DNA of 64,000 nucleotides. Origin: an uncultured delta proteobacterium. Lineage in GTDB: Bacteria; Desulfobacterota; Binatia; Binatales; Binataceae. The stretch covers positions 320,001-384,000 of the forward strand of contig CAWJET010000002.1 of NCBI GenBank assembly GCA_963842085.1, given 5' to 3'. A model generated the notes under the pieces. That model saw nothing but the letters and a program-made list of their open reading frames with translations, was not told the DNA's origin and ran no database searches. Positions 9,322 to 20,427 of this stretch are shown in pieces. How positions within the stretch are numbered: the first letter of the stretch is position 1; each line of letters opens with the position of its first letter. Made by a program: the position numbers and the translations under genes.

Positions 9322-10168
9322 GATCCCTCGCTGATTTTTCCGATTTGTTGTCTTCCGCGCCGCGCGTCAGGAAAGTGCGCACGCGCTCGTCGGTGCAATG
9401 CGCCAGCAGGTCCTTGGGGTCGCCGTGCGCGATCATCGTCCTGCTCTCCGCGTCGAGAAAGACGCTGTTGTTGCCGATTGCAAAAATGCTGGCCAGCTCG
9501 TGAGTCACGACGACTACCGTGGCGCCGAGGTTGTCGCGCAGCTCCAGGATCAGGTCGTCGAGCAGCCGCGAACTGATCGGATCGAGGCCGGCCGACGGCT
9601 CGTCGAAGAAAAGTATTTCCGGGTCCAGCGCGATCGCGCGCGCCAGGCCCGCCCGCTTCTGCATCCCGCCGCTGATCTGGCTGGGGTAATAGCCCTCGAA
9701 GCCCTTGAGCCCGACCAGAGCCAGCTTCAGCGCCGCGACCTCTTGAATTTCTTCGTCCGACAGATCGGTGAATTCGCCGAGCGGCAGTCCCACGTTTTCC
9801 GCCAGCGTCATCGAGCTCCAGAGCGCGCCGCCCTGGTACAAGACGCCGAAATGACGGAGCATCTCCTCGCGCTCGAGCGGCTCAGCCCCGGTGAAATTGA
9901 AATCGCCGTACCAGACCTCGCCCTTGGCGGGCTCGATCAATCCGAGCATGTGGCGGAGCAGGGTGCTTTTGCCGCTGCCGCTGCCGCCCATGATTACGAA
10001 AATATCGCCGTGATTGACGGTGAAGTTTATGTCCTTCATCAGCACGAAGGTTCCGTACGCCATCGTGAGATTCTTGACTGTGATTGGCGGAGGACCGTCC
10101 TTGGGAAACCTCGTCACAGAGACCGGTTTGCCGTCGGCAGGCTTGAGCGATGAGTGCGTGGTGGCCAT
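9314..10168 (-). CDS. MlaF/Mkl-type ABC ATP-binding protein
   Basis: Walker A GGSGSGKS, ISGGMQKR, FFDEPSAGLDP, VTHE. Confidence 0.92.
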   Translation of the reverse strand: MATTHSSLKPADGKPVSVTRFPKDGPPPITVKNLTMAYGTFVLMKDINFTVNHGDIFVIMGGSGSGKSTLLRHMLGLIEPAKGEVWYGDFNFTGAEPLEREEMLRHFGVLYQGGALWSSMTLAENVGLPLGEFTDLSDEEIQEVAALKLALVGLKGFEGYYPSQISGGMQKRAGLARAIALDPEILFFDEPSAGLDPISSRLLDDLILELRDNLGATVVVVTHELASIFAIGNNSVFLDAESRTMIAHGDPKDLLAHCTDERVRTFLTRGAEDNKSEKSARDHG

Positions 10169-10224
10169 TTCAGTGATTCACTGCGCCGGGCTGTCCGGTT
10201 TGATTCTCACTCGCGGTCAAAAAG

Positions 10225-11376
10225 CTAAATTCCAATCACGTTGAAGACGAAGGCGAAGATTCCGCACGCGACGATCACGTAAACGATTCCCGTAACCACC
10301 GCCTCGGTCGCCGCATCGCCGACCGCCGACGAGCTGTCGCCGCACTGAAACCCGCGCAGGCATCCGGCGACCGCGATAATTATGCCGTAAACAGCGGCCT
10401 TGAATACGCCGCCGAAGATGTCGGTAAGTGTGACCGCTGCCTGGGTTTCGCGAAGATACGAGGCGAGCGGGATATGCAGCATCGTCGCGCTGACGAACGC
10501 GCCCCCAGCCACACCCAGGCAATCGGCGTAAACGCATAGCAGCGGGATCATCAGGAACAGCGCCAGCACGCGCGGCAACACCAGGAATTCGAGCGGCGAG
10601 ATTCCCATCGTGGTCAGCGCGTCGATTTCCTGGGTCACTTTCATCGAGCCAAGCTGAGCGGCGAACGCGGCGCCGGTGCGGCCCGCCATGATGATCGCGG
10701 CCATCATCGCGCCCATGTCGCGGCTCATCGCGATTCCAACCAGGTCGGCGACGAAGATTGACGCGCCGAACTGTTGCAGCTGTACCGCGCCCTCGAACGC
10801 GAGGATCACGCCGACCAGGAATGTGACCAACGTGACAATGCCGAACGCGCGGGCGCCGCAATCCTGGATCACGATCATCAGATCGACCTTGCGAAAACGC
10901 GCCTTGCCCACAGCCAGCTTGGCGAACGCGATCGCAACTTCGCCCAAGAAGCGCAGAAAATCATCCAATGCCTGCGCATACGATATCGCTTCGCGGCCAA
11001 GCTGTTCGATGAACGAAGAATGCGAGACCTCGGCGCGGGCGCCGGTCTTCTCCGGCACCGCCTCCGCCAGTTGAATCAGGCCCCGCGCGCCCTCGGGGAG
11101 CGGGACCCAATCCGCGGGCAGCTTGCGCTTGTGGCAGATCTCGCTGACGCCTATCAGGAACGTGAGCAGGCCGCTGTCCCAGTCACCGAGCTCAGCGGCG
11201 TCAAAGGTCAGGCTGGTGGGCTTCGGCGCGGTGTCGAGCTGTTGCTCCACGAGCTGGGGCGAAGGCAGGCCGTGACGGAGATGCCAATCGCCGGCGAGCC
11301 GGACAACCAGCGTAGTCTTATCGGCGCGCGCAAACGAAAGTTCGCCCGACTGTTCGGATTGTTTGTGCGCCTGCAT
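10225..11376 (-). CDS. MlaE-family permease with N-terminal STAS-like domain
   Basis: WDSGLL, GRTGAAFAAQLGSMKVTQEIDALTTMGI..LVLPR, VGDAATEAVV. Confidence 0.9.
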   Translation of the reverse strand: MQAHKQSEQSGELSFARADKTTLVVRLAGDWHLRHGLPSPQLVEQQLDTAPKPTSLTFDAAELGDWDSGLLTFLIGVSEICHKRKLPADWVPLPEGARGLIQLAEAVPEKTGARAEVSHSSFIEQLGREAISYAQALDDFLRFLGEVAIAFAKLAVGKARFRKVDLMIVIQDCGARAFGIVTLVTFLVGVILAFEGAVQLQQFGASIFVADLVGIAMSRDMGAMMAAIIMAGRTGAAFAAQLGSMKVTQEIDALTTMGISPLEFLVLPRVLALFLMIPLLCVYADCLGVAGGAFVSATMLHIPLASYLRETQAAVTLTDIFGGVFKAAVYGIIIAVAGCLRGFQCGDSSSAVGDAATEAVVTGIVYVIVACGIFAFVFNVIGI

Positions 11377-11486
11377 CCGTGCGGCTCAATAGAGCACGCC
11401 GATAAACGCTAGCACAATTCTTCGCCGTTATGGTTTAAGGGTCTTTGCGCAAGCCAATCGCCGGCCCACGACATATAATATCTTGA

Positions 11487-12488
11487 ATGAAGGCGATGGT
11501 GGTCGAAAAACCCGCGCCGATCGAGTCGGAGCCGCTGCACGCTATCGACGTGCCGGTTCCCGAGGCGGGGCCGGGCGAAATTCTCGTGCGCGTGCGCACT
11601 TGCGGCGTGTGCCGGACCGATCTTCACGTTGCCGAGGGCGACCTGTCGCCGCGCCATCCGCGAATCATTCCGGGTCATGAAGTAGTAGGCGTCGTGGACA
11701 AGCGCGGCGTCGGTGCGGCGCGCTTCAAGCAGGGCGAGCGGGTCGGGATCGCGTGGCTGCGCGAGACCTGCGGCGTATGCGTCTATTGCCGCCGCGGGCG
11801 CGAAAATCTCTGCCCGAACGCGCGCTTCACCGGCTACGACCACGACGGCGGCTACTGCGAATGGGCCGTCGTGCGAGAGGATTTCGCCTATGCTCTCCCC
11901 GACTCGCTCGGCGATGAGGAAGCGGCGCCGTTGTTGTGTGCGGGAATTATAGGGTTCCGCGCAATCAAGCGCGCCGAGGTCAGGCCCGGCGCGACGGTCG
12001 GACTCTACGGCTTCGGCGGTTCGGCTCATCTTGCCATCCAGGTGCTGCGCCACTGGGGATGCCGTGTGTTTGTCATGAGCCGTGGTGGGCCGCATCGCGA
12101 TCTGGCGAAGGACCTCGGCGCCGAATGGATCGGCAATGCGGAAGATGCGCCGCCCGCGCCGCTCGATGCGGCGATTCTGTTTGCCCCGGCGGGAAATCTG
12201 GTGCCGCCGGCTCTGCAAGCGCTCGATCGCGGTGGCATCCTGGCGGTCGCGGGAATTTATCTAAGTCCAGTCCCGGTCCTCGACTACGAGAAACATTTGT
12301 TCTACGAAAAAGAACTTCGCAGTGTGACCGCAAACACCCGCGCCGATGGCGAGGAGTTCCTGAAGCTCGCGGGCGAGATACCGATTCGCACGAGCACGGT
12401 GGCTTTCGGCCTGGCCGAGGCCAACGTGGCGCTCAAGATGCTTAAGCACGACGAGATCAAAGGCGCCGGCGTGCTCAGGATTTCGTGA
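11487..12488 (+). CDS. Zinc-dependent alcohol dehydrogenase family protein
   Basis: CGVCRTDLH, GHEVVG, CGVCVYC...ENLC, GFGGSAH. Confidence 0.92.
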   Translation: MKAMVVEKPAPIESEPLHAIDVPVPEAGPGEILVRVRTCGVCRTDLHVAEGDLSPRHPRIIPGHEVVGVVDKRGVGAARFKQGERVGIAWLRETCGVCVYCRRGRENLCPNARFTGYDHDGGYCEWAVVREDFAYALPDSLGDEEAAPLLCAGIIGFRAIKRAEVRPGATVGLYGFGGSAHLAIQVLRHWGCRVFVMSRGGPHRDLAKDLGAEWIGNAEDAPPAPLDAAILFAPAGNLVPPALQALDRGGILAVAGIYLSPVPVLDYEKHLFYEKELRSVTANTRADGEEFLKLAGEIPIRTSTVAFGLAEANVALKMLKHDEIKGAGVLRIS

Positions 12489-12555
12489 GCACGGTTGACC
12501 CCTGCACCCGGTGTTAAGGGTCGGGGCGCCGAGGCGCGGGACTGTTCCGTTTTTG

Positions 12556-12583
12556 TGTCATTCAGAGCGAAGCGAAGAATCCC
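12556..12583 (+). repeat. TGTCAT-type REP-like unit
   Basis: TGTCATTCAGAGCGAAGCGAAGAATCCC; related to the copies at 7556-7646, 16219 and 31283-31558. Confidence 0.65.
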
Positions 12584-12724
12584 GGCCGCATCCTGGCCGC
12601 CGCAGTGCAAGTTTTGCTTCACTCAGAGCGCTTGTTTCATTAGTCTTCGTTGACGCGCCGGCGCGATGCTTGCTACCCTTCAAGTGTAACGATCTAACGT
12701 ATATATCAACCGCCAGAGGCAACA

Positions 12725-13258
12725 ATGGCATTAGCTAAAAGCGGACTCGAATCTTCCAAGGGCGATGAGATTCTGCTCGGCGACACCGCCGTTCTGACCC
12801 GGCTCGACAAGGCGCTCGGCTGGGCGCGAAAATTTTCGATCTTTCCCTATCCGTTCGCGACCGCGTGCTGCGCGATGGAATATATGTCGCTCTCGATGAC
12901 CCCCTACGACATCGACCGGTTCGGCGCGCTGCTGCCGCGTTTCACTCCGCGCCAGGCAGACCTGCTGATGGTCATCGGCACCGTGACAGTTCGACAGGGG
13001 CCGATTCTGCGCCGCGTTTACGATCAGATGGCCGAGCCGAAGTGGGTGATGGCGTTTGGCGCGTGCGCCTCGACCGGCGGCTTCTACGACAATTATGCGA
13101 CCTTGCCCGGCATCGACAGGATCGTCCCGGTTGATGTCTACGTTCCCGGATGCCCGCCGCGGCCCGAAGGCGTGCTCGACGGGCTGATGGCGCTGCAGCG
13201 TAAAATCCAGGGCCAGAAGCAGAAACTGATGGCGCTCAGCGAAAAGCATCCCGCCTGA
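12725..13258 (+). CDS. nuoB: NADH-quinone oxidoreductase subunit B
   Basis: TACCAME, TPRQADL, YDQMAEPKWVMAFGACASTGG, DVYVPGCPPRPE. Confidence 0.93.
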   Translation: MALAKSGLESSKGDEILLGDTAVLTRLDKALGWARKFSIFPYPFATACCAMEYMSLSMTPYDIDRFGALLPRFTPRQADLLMVIGTVTVRQGPILRRVYDQMAEPKWVMAFGACASTGGFYDNYATLPGIDRIVPVDVYVPGCPPRPEGVLDGLMALQRKIQGQKQKLMALSEKHPA

Positions 13259-13286
13259 ACCACACGACGAACGCACCGGGATTCAC

Positions 13287-14576
<1,290 letters not shown>

Positions 14577-14577
14577 C

Positions 14578-16164
14578 ATGCCGAAGCTCACCATCGACGG
14601 CAAGGAAGTTGAGGCTGGCGCCAACCTGAATGTGATCCAGGCTGCTGAGCTGGTTGGCATCGAGATACCGCATTACTGCTTCCATCCCGGCTTGTCGATC
14701 CCCGGCAACTGCCGCATGTGCCTGGTCGAGATCGAAAAAGCGCCGAAGCTGCAAATTGCCTGCAACACGCGCGTCGCCGACGGGATGGTCGTGCACACCA
14801 CAAGCGACAAGGCCAAGGCCGCGCAGAAGGCGGTGCTCGAATTCCTGCTCATCAACCATCCGATCGATTGTCCCGTTTGCGATCAGGCCGGCGAGTGCAA
14901 GCTGCAAGACTACTACATGGATTACGATCAGCAGCCGTCGCGCTTTCCGCTGCCCGAGAAAAATCACAAGGGCAAGGCGATTGACATCGGCTTGGGCGTG
15001 ATGCTCGACCAGGAGCGATGCATCCTGTGCGCGCGCTGCACGCGCTTCTTCGACGAAGTGACAAAGACCTCCGAGCTCGCGATTTTCGGGCGCGGCGACC
15101 ACAACCGCATCGACATCAATCCCGGCCAGCCGGTCAACAACAAATACGCCGGCAACGTCGTGGACATCTGCCCGGTCGGCGCGCTCACCGAAAAGGAATT
15201 TCGCTTCAGGATGCGCGTCTGGTACCTGCATCGCACGGCGTCGGTGTGCGGCGGATGCGAGCGCGGATGCACGATCGACATCCATCACCATCGCGGCCGC
15301 ATCTACCGCTTCAAGCCGCGCTTCAACCCCGGCGTCAACAGCTACTGGATGTGCGACGAGGGCCGGCACGGTTTTCCCGCGCTGCAGACCGAGAATCGGC
15401 TCACCTCGCCGCTCGTGCAATCGAAGGATCAGCTCGTGGTCGAGCCCTGGGGCGAAGGCGTCAGGCGCGCAGCGTCGATCATCGCCGACTACAAACGCAC
15501 GTACGGCCCCAATTCGATCGCGGCGGTCGTCGACGCGACCGCTACCAACGAAGAAGCGTTCGCGCTTAAGCAATTGATGAAGACCGCGATCGGCTCGGAT
15601 CGAATCGCGACGCTCAACTGGTCGCCGCCAGGCGCCAGCGGCGACGACGACTTGCTGATCCGCGCCAATAAGAATCCCAACACGCGCGGACTCGCGGCGC
15701 TGGCACTCTCGCCCGACGGCCTCGACGGGCTTGCAGCGGCAGTCGCGTCGGGCGAACTCAAGATGCTCATCGTTGTGCGCGCCGACATGGTTCGCGCACT
15801 CGGTGAAGAGGAGTTCGTCAGGCGCTTCGGCGCGCTCGACTACATGCTGGTGCTATCGACGGATGCCAACGAGACCTGCCAGATGGCCAACCAGGTCTGG
15901 CCGATCGCCGCGTATCCCGAAATCGACGGCAGCTTTACCAACTTCCAGGGCCGTGTGCAGCGAATCAACGCGGCGTTCCCGCCGCCTGGAAACGCAATCG
16001 CGGGCGTCGAGGCAATCGCGCGCCTCGGCCACGCGCTCGACGGCATCGATCGTCCGCACACGGCGGACGCGGTGTTTGCCGCGATGGCCGACGCGGAGCC
16101 GGCCTTCAAGGGCCTCAGCCTCGCGACCCTCGGCGAGCACGGCGCCGACCTCGTCACAAGCTGA
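14578..16164 (+). CDS. nuoG: NADH-quinone oxidoreductase subunit G (short, 528 aa)
   Basis: IPHYCFH..GNCRMCLVE..QIAC, NHPIDCPVCDQAGECKLQD, RCILCARC..DICPVGAL, CGGCERGC..MCDEGR. Confidence 0.88.
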   Translation: MPKLTIDGKEVEAGANLNVIQAAELVGIEIPHYCFHPGLSIPGNCRMCLVEIEKAPKLQIACNTRVADGMVVHTTSDKAKAAQKAVLEFLLINHPIDCPVCDQAGECKLQDYYMDYDQQPSRFPLPEKNHKGKAIDIGLGVMLDQERCILCARCTRFFDEVTKTSELAIFGRGDHNRIDINPGQPVNNKYAGNVVDICPVGALTEKEFRFRMRVWYLHRTASVCGGCERGCTIDIHHHRGRIYRFKPRFNPGVNSYWMCDEGRHGFPALQTENRLTSPLVQSKDQLVVEPWGEGVRRAASIIADYKRTYGPNSIAAVVDATATNEEAFALKQLMKTAIGSDRIATLNWSPPGASGDDDLLIRANKNPNTRGLAALALSPDGLDGLAAAVASGELKMLIVVRADMVRALGEEEFVRRFGALDYMLVLSTDANETCQMANQVWPIAAYPEIDGSFTNFQGRVQRINAAFPPPGNAIAGVEAIARLGHALDGIDRPHTADAVFAAMADAEPAFKGLSLATLGEHGADLVTS

Positions 16165-16218
16165 GCTCGCCGCTCCCGGCTGGCATACTTTCCTTTCTGT
16201 TTCTCCCGTCTGTCTTTG

Positions 16219-16247
16219 TGTCATCCCGAGCGAAGCCGAGGGACCCC
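16219..16247 (+). repeat. TGTCAT-type REP-like unit
   Basis: TGTCATCCCGAGCGAAGCCGAGGGACCCC between convergent genes. Confidence 0.6.
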
Positions 16248-16257
16248 GGATCCGGGA

Positions 16258-16968
16258 TCAGCCGTGGCAGTTGAAGCGGAAGCTCGACTCGCCGCTGTGA
16301 ATCTGCGCGATTCGAGTTTTGATCTTCGGCGTGATTGGCAAGTCCGGGAACGCATCGGCGAACGCCAGCAGTCCCGCCGCGGTTTTTTCCGCGTTCTCGC
16401 AGGTGCAGATTCCCGAGAGCAGTTCCGACTCGAGGCTGTCGATTTCGCCTTGCGCCTCTGAGGCGTAGTCGTCGGGGTACATGGTGCGGAATGTGATCCA
16501 TCCGCGGTAGAGAGCGACCATCAGCTTTCCGTCGAAACGCGTGCATCCCGTTTCATCGCTCTGCTGCCGGATATAGGCGGGGAACGGGCCGTTGCCGTCG
16601 GGTTCCGTGCGGGCGTAGATGGCGAAAAATGCGCGGTCCGCCTTGCTGCCCTGTTTGCGCGCGAGGCTTTTGAAGTAGTCGACGCTCGGACGCACGATTG
16701 TCTTCTCGTGCCGCACCACGATGAACCCCTGCATCTGGCGTTGGAGTTCTTGATACTGCGATTCGCTGAGATCGGGCAGGAGTGCTTGCAGCTCAGGACT
16801 GGCCTTCATGCCAGCCTCGAAGACCGGCTCGATCGGATGCTTGCCGCGCGAGCTGCGCAAGTCGTCCATCGCCGACGCATAAGCGCCCACCGAGGCCGGT
16901 ATCTCGACGCCTGCGGCGCTTACCTGGATGGCGAAGCACGAAATGAAAATCGCGGCGGCAAGTCGCAC
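16258..16968 (-). CDS. Hypothetical secreted protein (Cys-containing)
   Basis: C-terminal part of ORF 16258..17424. Likely GTG start at 16968, followed by signal-like RLAAAIFISCFAIQVSAA. Start is uncertain. Confidence 0.65.
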   Translation of the reverse strand: MRLAAAIFISCFAIQVSAAGVEIPASVGAYASAMDDLRSSRGKHPIEPVFEAGMKASPELQALLPDLSESQYQELQRQMQGFIVVRHEKTIVRPSVDYFKSLARKQGSKADRAFFAIYARTEPDGNGPFPAYIRQQSDETGCTRFDGKLMVALYRGWITFRTMYPDDYASEAQGEIDSLESELLSGICTCENAEKTAAGLLAFADAFPDLPITPKIKTRIAQIHSGESSFRFNCHG

Positions 16969-17075
16969 GCGGAAGAGGGCGGGAGATGGATTGATCGACG
17001 TGAACAAGCGGTCTCGATCGCTAGCATCGCGATCGCTCCGTGCGCAAGCACGGCTGCGCCGATGACGCGGCCGCG

Positions 17076-17390
17076 CTAGTCCTTGGACGGATGGAAGACG
17101 ATCTCGATACGGTCCAGGTAGTCGAGCAGTTGGCGCGCGAGCGTGGTGACGGCGCCGTCGTCGCGGGTCGCCGCCGCATGCTCGAGCGAGCGGCCCATCT
17201 CCGTCATCGAATCGAATCCGTAACTGGCGCCTTCGCCCTTGATCCGATGCGCGATGCGGCTGATTGCCGCGTAGTCGCGGCGCGCGACCGCCTCGAAAAT
17301 CGACATGACATCGGCACGCTTGTGCGTCAGAAAACCCGGGATCAGGTCGCTCAGATCCTCGTCCACTTCCACGATTACTCGGTCCGGCAT
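17076..17390 (-). CDS. Stand-alone Hpt (histidine phosphotransfer) domain protein
   Basis: IAHRIKGEGASYGFD..GRSLE; strong AGGAGG RBS before ATG at 17390. Confidence 0.88.
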   Translation of the reverse strand: MPDRVIVEVDEDLSDLIPGFLTHKRADVMSIFEAVARRDYAAISRIAHRIKGEGASYGFDSMTEMGRSLEHAAATRDDGAVTTLARQLLDYLDRIEIVFHPSKD

Positions 17391-17466
17391 GTTTCCTCCT
17401 CGAGTTCGGTGGCATGCGCCGCACTCAACCGCGACAACGGCGTAATGCTCGCGTCCACACCCCAAT

Positions 17467-17482
17467 AGCAAGTCCAATGCCC
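17467..17482 (-). promoter_or_regulatory. Possible sigma-54 promoter for the Hpt gene
   Basis: Minus strand GGGCAT-TGGAC-TTGCT matches the TGGCAC-N5-TTGCW spacing, about 80 nt upstream of the ATG. Confidence 0.45.
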
Positions 17483-17651
17483 TCATCGGGGCACAATTAC
17501 GATTTGCTATTGCAGGCTGAGATGGCTTTCTGTCGGCGAATTTCTATGGTGTCGCGGCGGGTGTCCCGAAATGCGTTGGTCGCGGCCAGAAATCGCGCGG
17601 CCGCAGCGGACTCAGGGGAGTCGAGCGCGGCCGCGCCCGGTCAATGCACTG

Positions 17652-18995
17652 TTACGGTGCAGCTCTGACCATTGAATCGGTGGTAAAGAAGTTACGATCG
17701 ACTGCGCCCATATTGATGTACCAGCATTCGCGCTCGGGCGTATTCTGTCCCGGCAAATAACACATTGTGCTCATGCCCGATTGCACGTCGGTCGCAGCAG
17801 CGCCGACGACGAACTCGCGTTTGAACGGATAGATCGCGACCCGCGCGTCCGGCACCGGCCGGTCCCTGTAGGTCAGCCAGTAGATATGGTTCTGCCACAG
17901 CTCGCCGTTGGCGTCATATTCGTCGACGTACGGCTCGAACCACATCTCGTTATCGATGTACAAAATCGACTTGGCGTGCAGCGCCTGCGTATTGACGGAG
18001 TTCCATCGCGGCTTGGTCTGCACGATGTACATCGAACGCAGCTCCCAGTTCTCGGGACATGCGCTCGCACCGCCGTCGGTGGCGCAGGTTATCTCCGGCG
18101 AGTGTTTGGCGTGAACCGACGCCAGCATCGTCTTCTGTCCGAGCAGCTTGTAGTCGTATTCCTCGACCTTGGCGTTGAAGCCTGAATAGTGATCGGGATC
18201 GAACGCGGTCGGATTGCCGCCGCCCACCACTGCGTCGCTCATGATGCCCTCGTCGAGCCGGCGCAGCCGGCGCGTGCCCGGCGTCCACTGCCAGATGTCG
18301 TCGCCCTTGGTGGGATTGGCATAGCGATACCGGATGAAGCCGCCACCGCGCAGATTCTCAGGCGCCAGGATCGGATACAGCGCGAACATCCAGTAGCGGT
18401 TGGTCTTCTTGAAGTCCGGATCGATCGGTATCGGATCGACCTCGGTCCGCCCGACCTCGTCGTAACCCGCGTAGTGGCCGATCTGGAAATAGTCAATTAC
18501 GTGGTACGGCTTATTCAGTCCGGTATACTCATCGTCGCAATCGTAGTAGCGCAGATCGTAGTCATCGGACGTGATCGGGCGGAAGGCAGCATCCCACATT
18601 ATCTTGGTCGCGACGCGCGGGTCGTTCGGATCGAGAAACGGAAACGGCTGTCCCGCTACGTAGTCGATCATCGTGCGGCCGTCAGGCGAAAGCCGCACTT
18701 GTTCGCCGTACTTTTCAGTGGCGTCGCGGTACGGCGGCGGCCACTGAATCATCGACGTCGGCACGATGTCCATCGTCATCCCGTGCAATACCTTGTAGTA
18801 GACGCCAGGCGATACCAGGTTCTTTACCTTGTAGGCATTCTGCACGGTAATGAAGTCGCCCGGTTTCACAGTCGGGGGTGGCGCCGTCGCCGCATCCGCT
18901 GAGGGCGGCGCCAGTGCAAATGCAATAGCAACTCCCATCAGGATCGCGAGCATTGGCGCCACGCGACGACTAGTCACACGACCTCCACTAGGCAT
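17652..18995 (-). CDS. DUF1329-family periplasmic protein
   Basis: Signal peptide, YVAGQPFP, DDIWQWTPGTRRLRRL, YDYKLLGQKTML, WELR, YDANGELW; GAGGAGG RBS. Confidence 0.8.
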   Translation of the reverse strand: MPSGGRVTSRRVAPMLAILMGVAIAFALAPPSADAATAPPPTVKPGDFITVQNAYKVKNLVSPGVYYKVLHGMTMDIVPTSMIQWPPPYRDATEKYGEQVRLSPDGRTMIDYVAGQPFPFLDPNDPRVATKIMWDAAFRPITSDDYDLRYYDCDDEYTGLNKPYHVIDYFQIGHYAGYDEVGRTEVDPIPIDPDFKKTNRYWMFALYPILAPENLRGGGFIRYRYANPTKGDDIWQWTPGTRRLRRLDEGIMSDAVVGGGNPTAFDPDHYSGFNAKVEEYDYKLLGQKTMLASVHAKHSPEITCATDGGASACPENWELRSMYIVQTKPRWNSVNTQALHAKSILYIDNEMWFEPYVDEYDANGELWQNHIYWLTYRDRPVPDARVAIYPFKREFVVGAAATDVQSGMSTMCYLPGQNTPERECWYINMGAVDRNFFTTDSMVRAAP

Positions 18996-19229
18996 GGTAT
19001 CCTCCTCTTGATGAAGCCGAGCTTCGTCTTGGTTATGATGCCCCAAGCGAGCCACCACGGGTCGCTCCGGAAGGGGAGTGATCAGCAGAGCGCGACTCGT
19101 CGCGAACTCTGCGTGGGCATCTTACTCTTGGACGCGGTATTTGTGCGGTATATTCAGCCGCAGCGAACTAGCGCCGATAAGAAAATCTAAAATCGATAAG
19201 CGTGCATCTAATCGACGCGTCCTGAAGAA

Positions 19230-20390
19230 TCATCCGTCAGCCAGCGCCGTCTCAAAATCCTCGAGCAGATCGTCGCTCGACTCCAGCCCGACCGACACGC
19301 GCACGAGCCCGTCGCCAATTCCCGCCCGCGCGCGCTCGGCGGCCGACATTCCCGAATGCGAAGTCGTCGCCGGTCGCGTGATCAAACTCTCGACGCCGCC
19401 CAGGCTCGGCGCGCTGATCGGTATCGTCACGCGATTCATGAAACGCCGCGCCGCCTCGACGCCACCCTCGAGCTCGAAACTCAGAACGCCGCCGAAGCCG
19501 TCGAACAGCTCGCACGCGCGCAGGTGATTCGAATGGCTTTCGAGCCCGGGGTAATTCACCCGCGCGACCGCGCGATGCTGCTCCAGCCAGCGCGCGATCT
19601 TGAGTGCGCTCTCGTTCTGATGGCGCACGCGCACCGCCAGCGTCTTGATTCCGCGATGCAGCAGGAAGCACGCGTGCGGATCGAGGATCCCGCCAAGATG
19701 GTTCAGGGTATGCGTCACGCTCGCGACCAGTTCCGCCCGCCCGATCACCGCGCCCGCCACAATGTCCGTGTGCCCGTTGAGATACTTGGTGCCGCTATGC
19801 AGCGAGAGGTCGAAGCCGATTTCCGCGGGCCTAAAATTGATCGGGCTCGCGAAGGTATTGTCGATTATCGACACCAGCCCGTTCTCGGCTGCGAAATCCA
19901 CCGCTGCCTGCAAGTCGCTCACCTGCAGCAACGGATTCGACATTGCCTCCACGTAGATGGCCTTGGTGTTCGGGCGAAGCGCCTCGCGCCAGGTCGCCGG
20001 CTCGTCGCCATCGACGAAGTCCACCTCCATCCCGTAGCGCGGGAAATCCTCGACGAACAGGTCATGGGTGCCGCCGTACACGCAGTCCTGCGCAATCAGA
20101 TGCCCTCCGCCGGCCAGTACCGTGAAGAGCGCTGTCGAAATCGCCGCCATCCCGCTGCCCGCGACCAGCGCCGCCTCAGCGTTCTCCAGCGCCGCCAGCT
20201 TGGCGTGCAGCACCGCATGATTCGGGGTGTTGCTCAGCCGGATGTAACGCAGGTCGTGGTAACTGGTCTGCCCGGCATATTCAAACGTCGACGACTGAAA
20301 GATCGGCATCGTCACCGCCCCGCCGATAAGCGGCTCCGGCTCGCCGGCGTGAACCAGCTTGGTGTCGAGCCCTTTGATAAGTCGCGCCAT
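19230..20390 (-). CDS. PLP-dependent Cys/Met metabolism enzyme (cystathionine gamma-synthase/lyase family)
   Basis: PIFQSSTF, YIRLSNTP, SGMAA, DNTFASP, PLP-lysine HSGTKYLNGH, SLGGVESL, RVSVGLE. Confidence 0.92.
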   Translation of the reverse strand: MARLIKGLDTKLVHAGEPEPLIGGAVTMPIFQSSTFEYAGQTSYHDLRYIRLSNTPNHAVLHAKLAALENAEAALVAGSGMAAISTALFTVLAGGGHLIAQDCVYGGTHDLFVEDFPRYGMEVDFVDGDEPATWREALRPNTKAIYVEAMSNPLLQVSDLQAAVDFAAENGLVSIIDNTFASPINFRPAEIGFDLSLHSGTKYLNGHTDIVAGAVIGRAELVASVTHTLNHLGGILDPHACFLLHRGIKTLAVRVRHQNESALKIARWLEQHRAVARVNYPGLESHSNHLRACELFDGFGGVLSFELEGGVEAARRFMNRVTIPISAPSLGGVESLITRPATTSHSGMSAAERARAGIGDGLVRVSVGLESSDDLLEDFETALADG

Positions 20391-20427
20391 GCGGCCTCCA
20401 TCGACACGACATTTATCACCCGGCGCG

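Noticed and set aside
16969-17424. N-terminal extension of ORF 16258..17424
   Set aside because: Overlaps the Hpt gene in another frame; low-complexity and Arg-rich.
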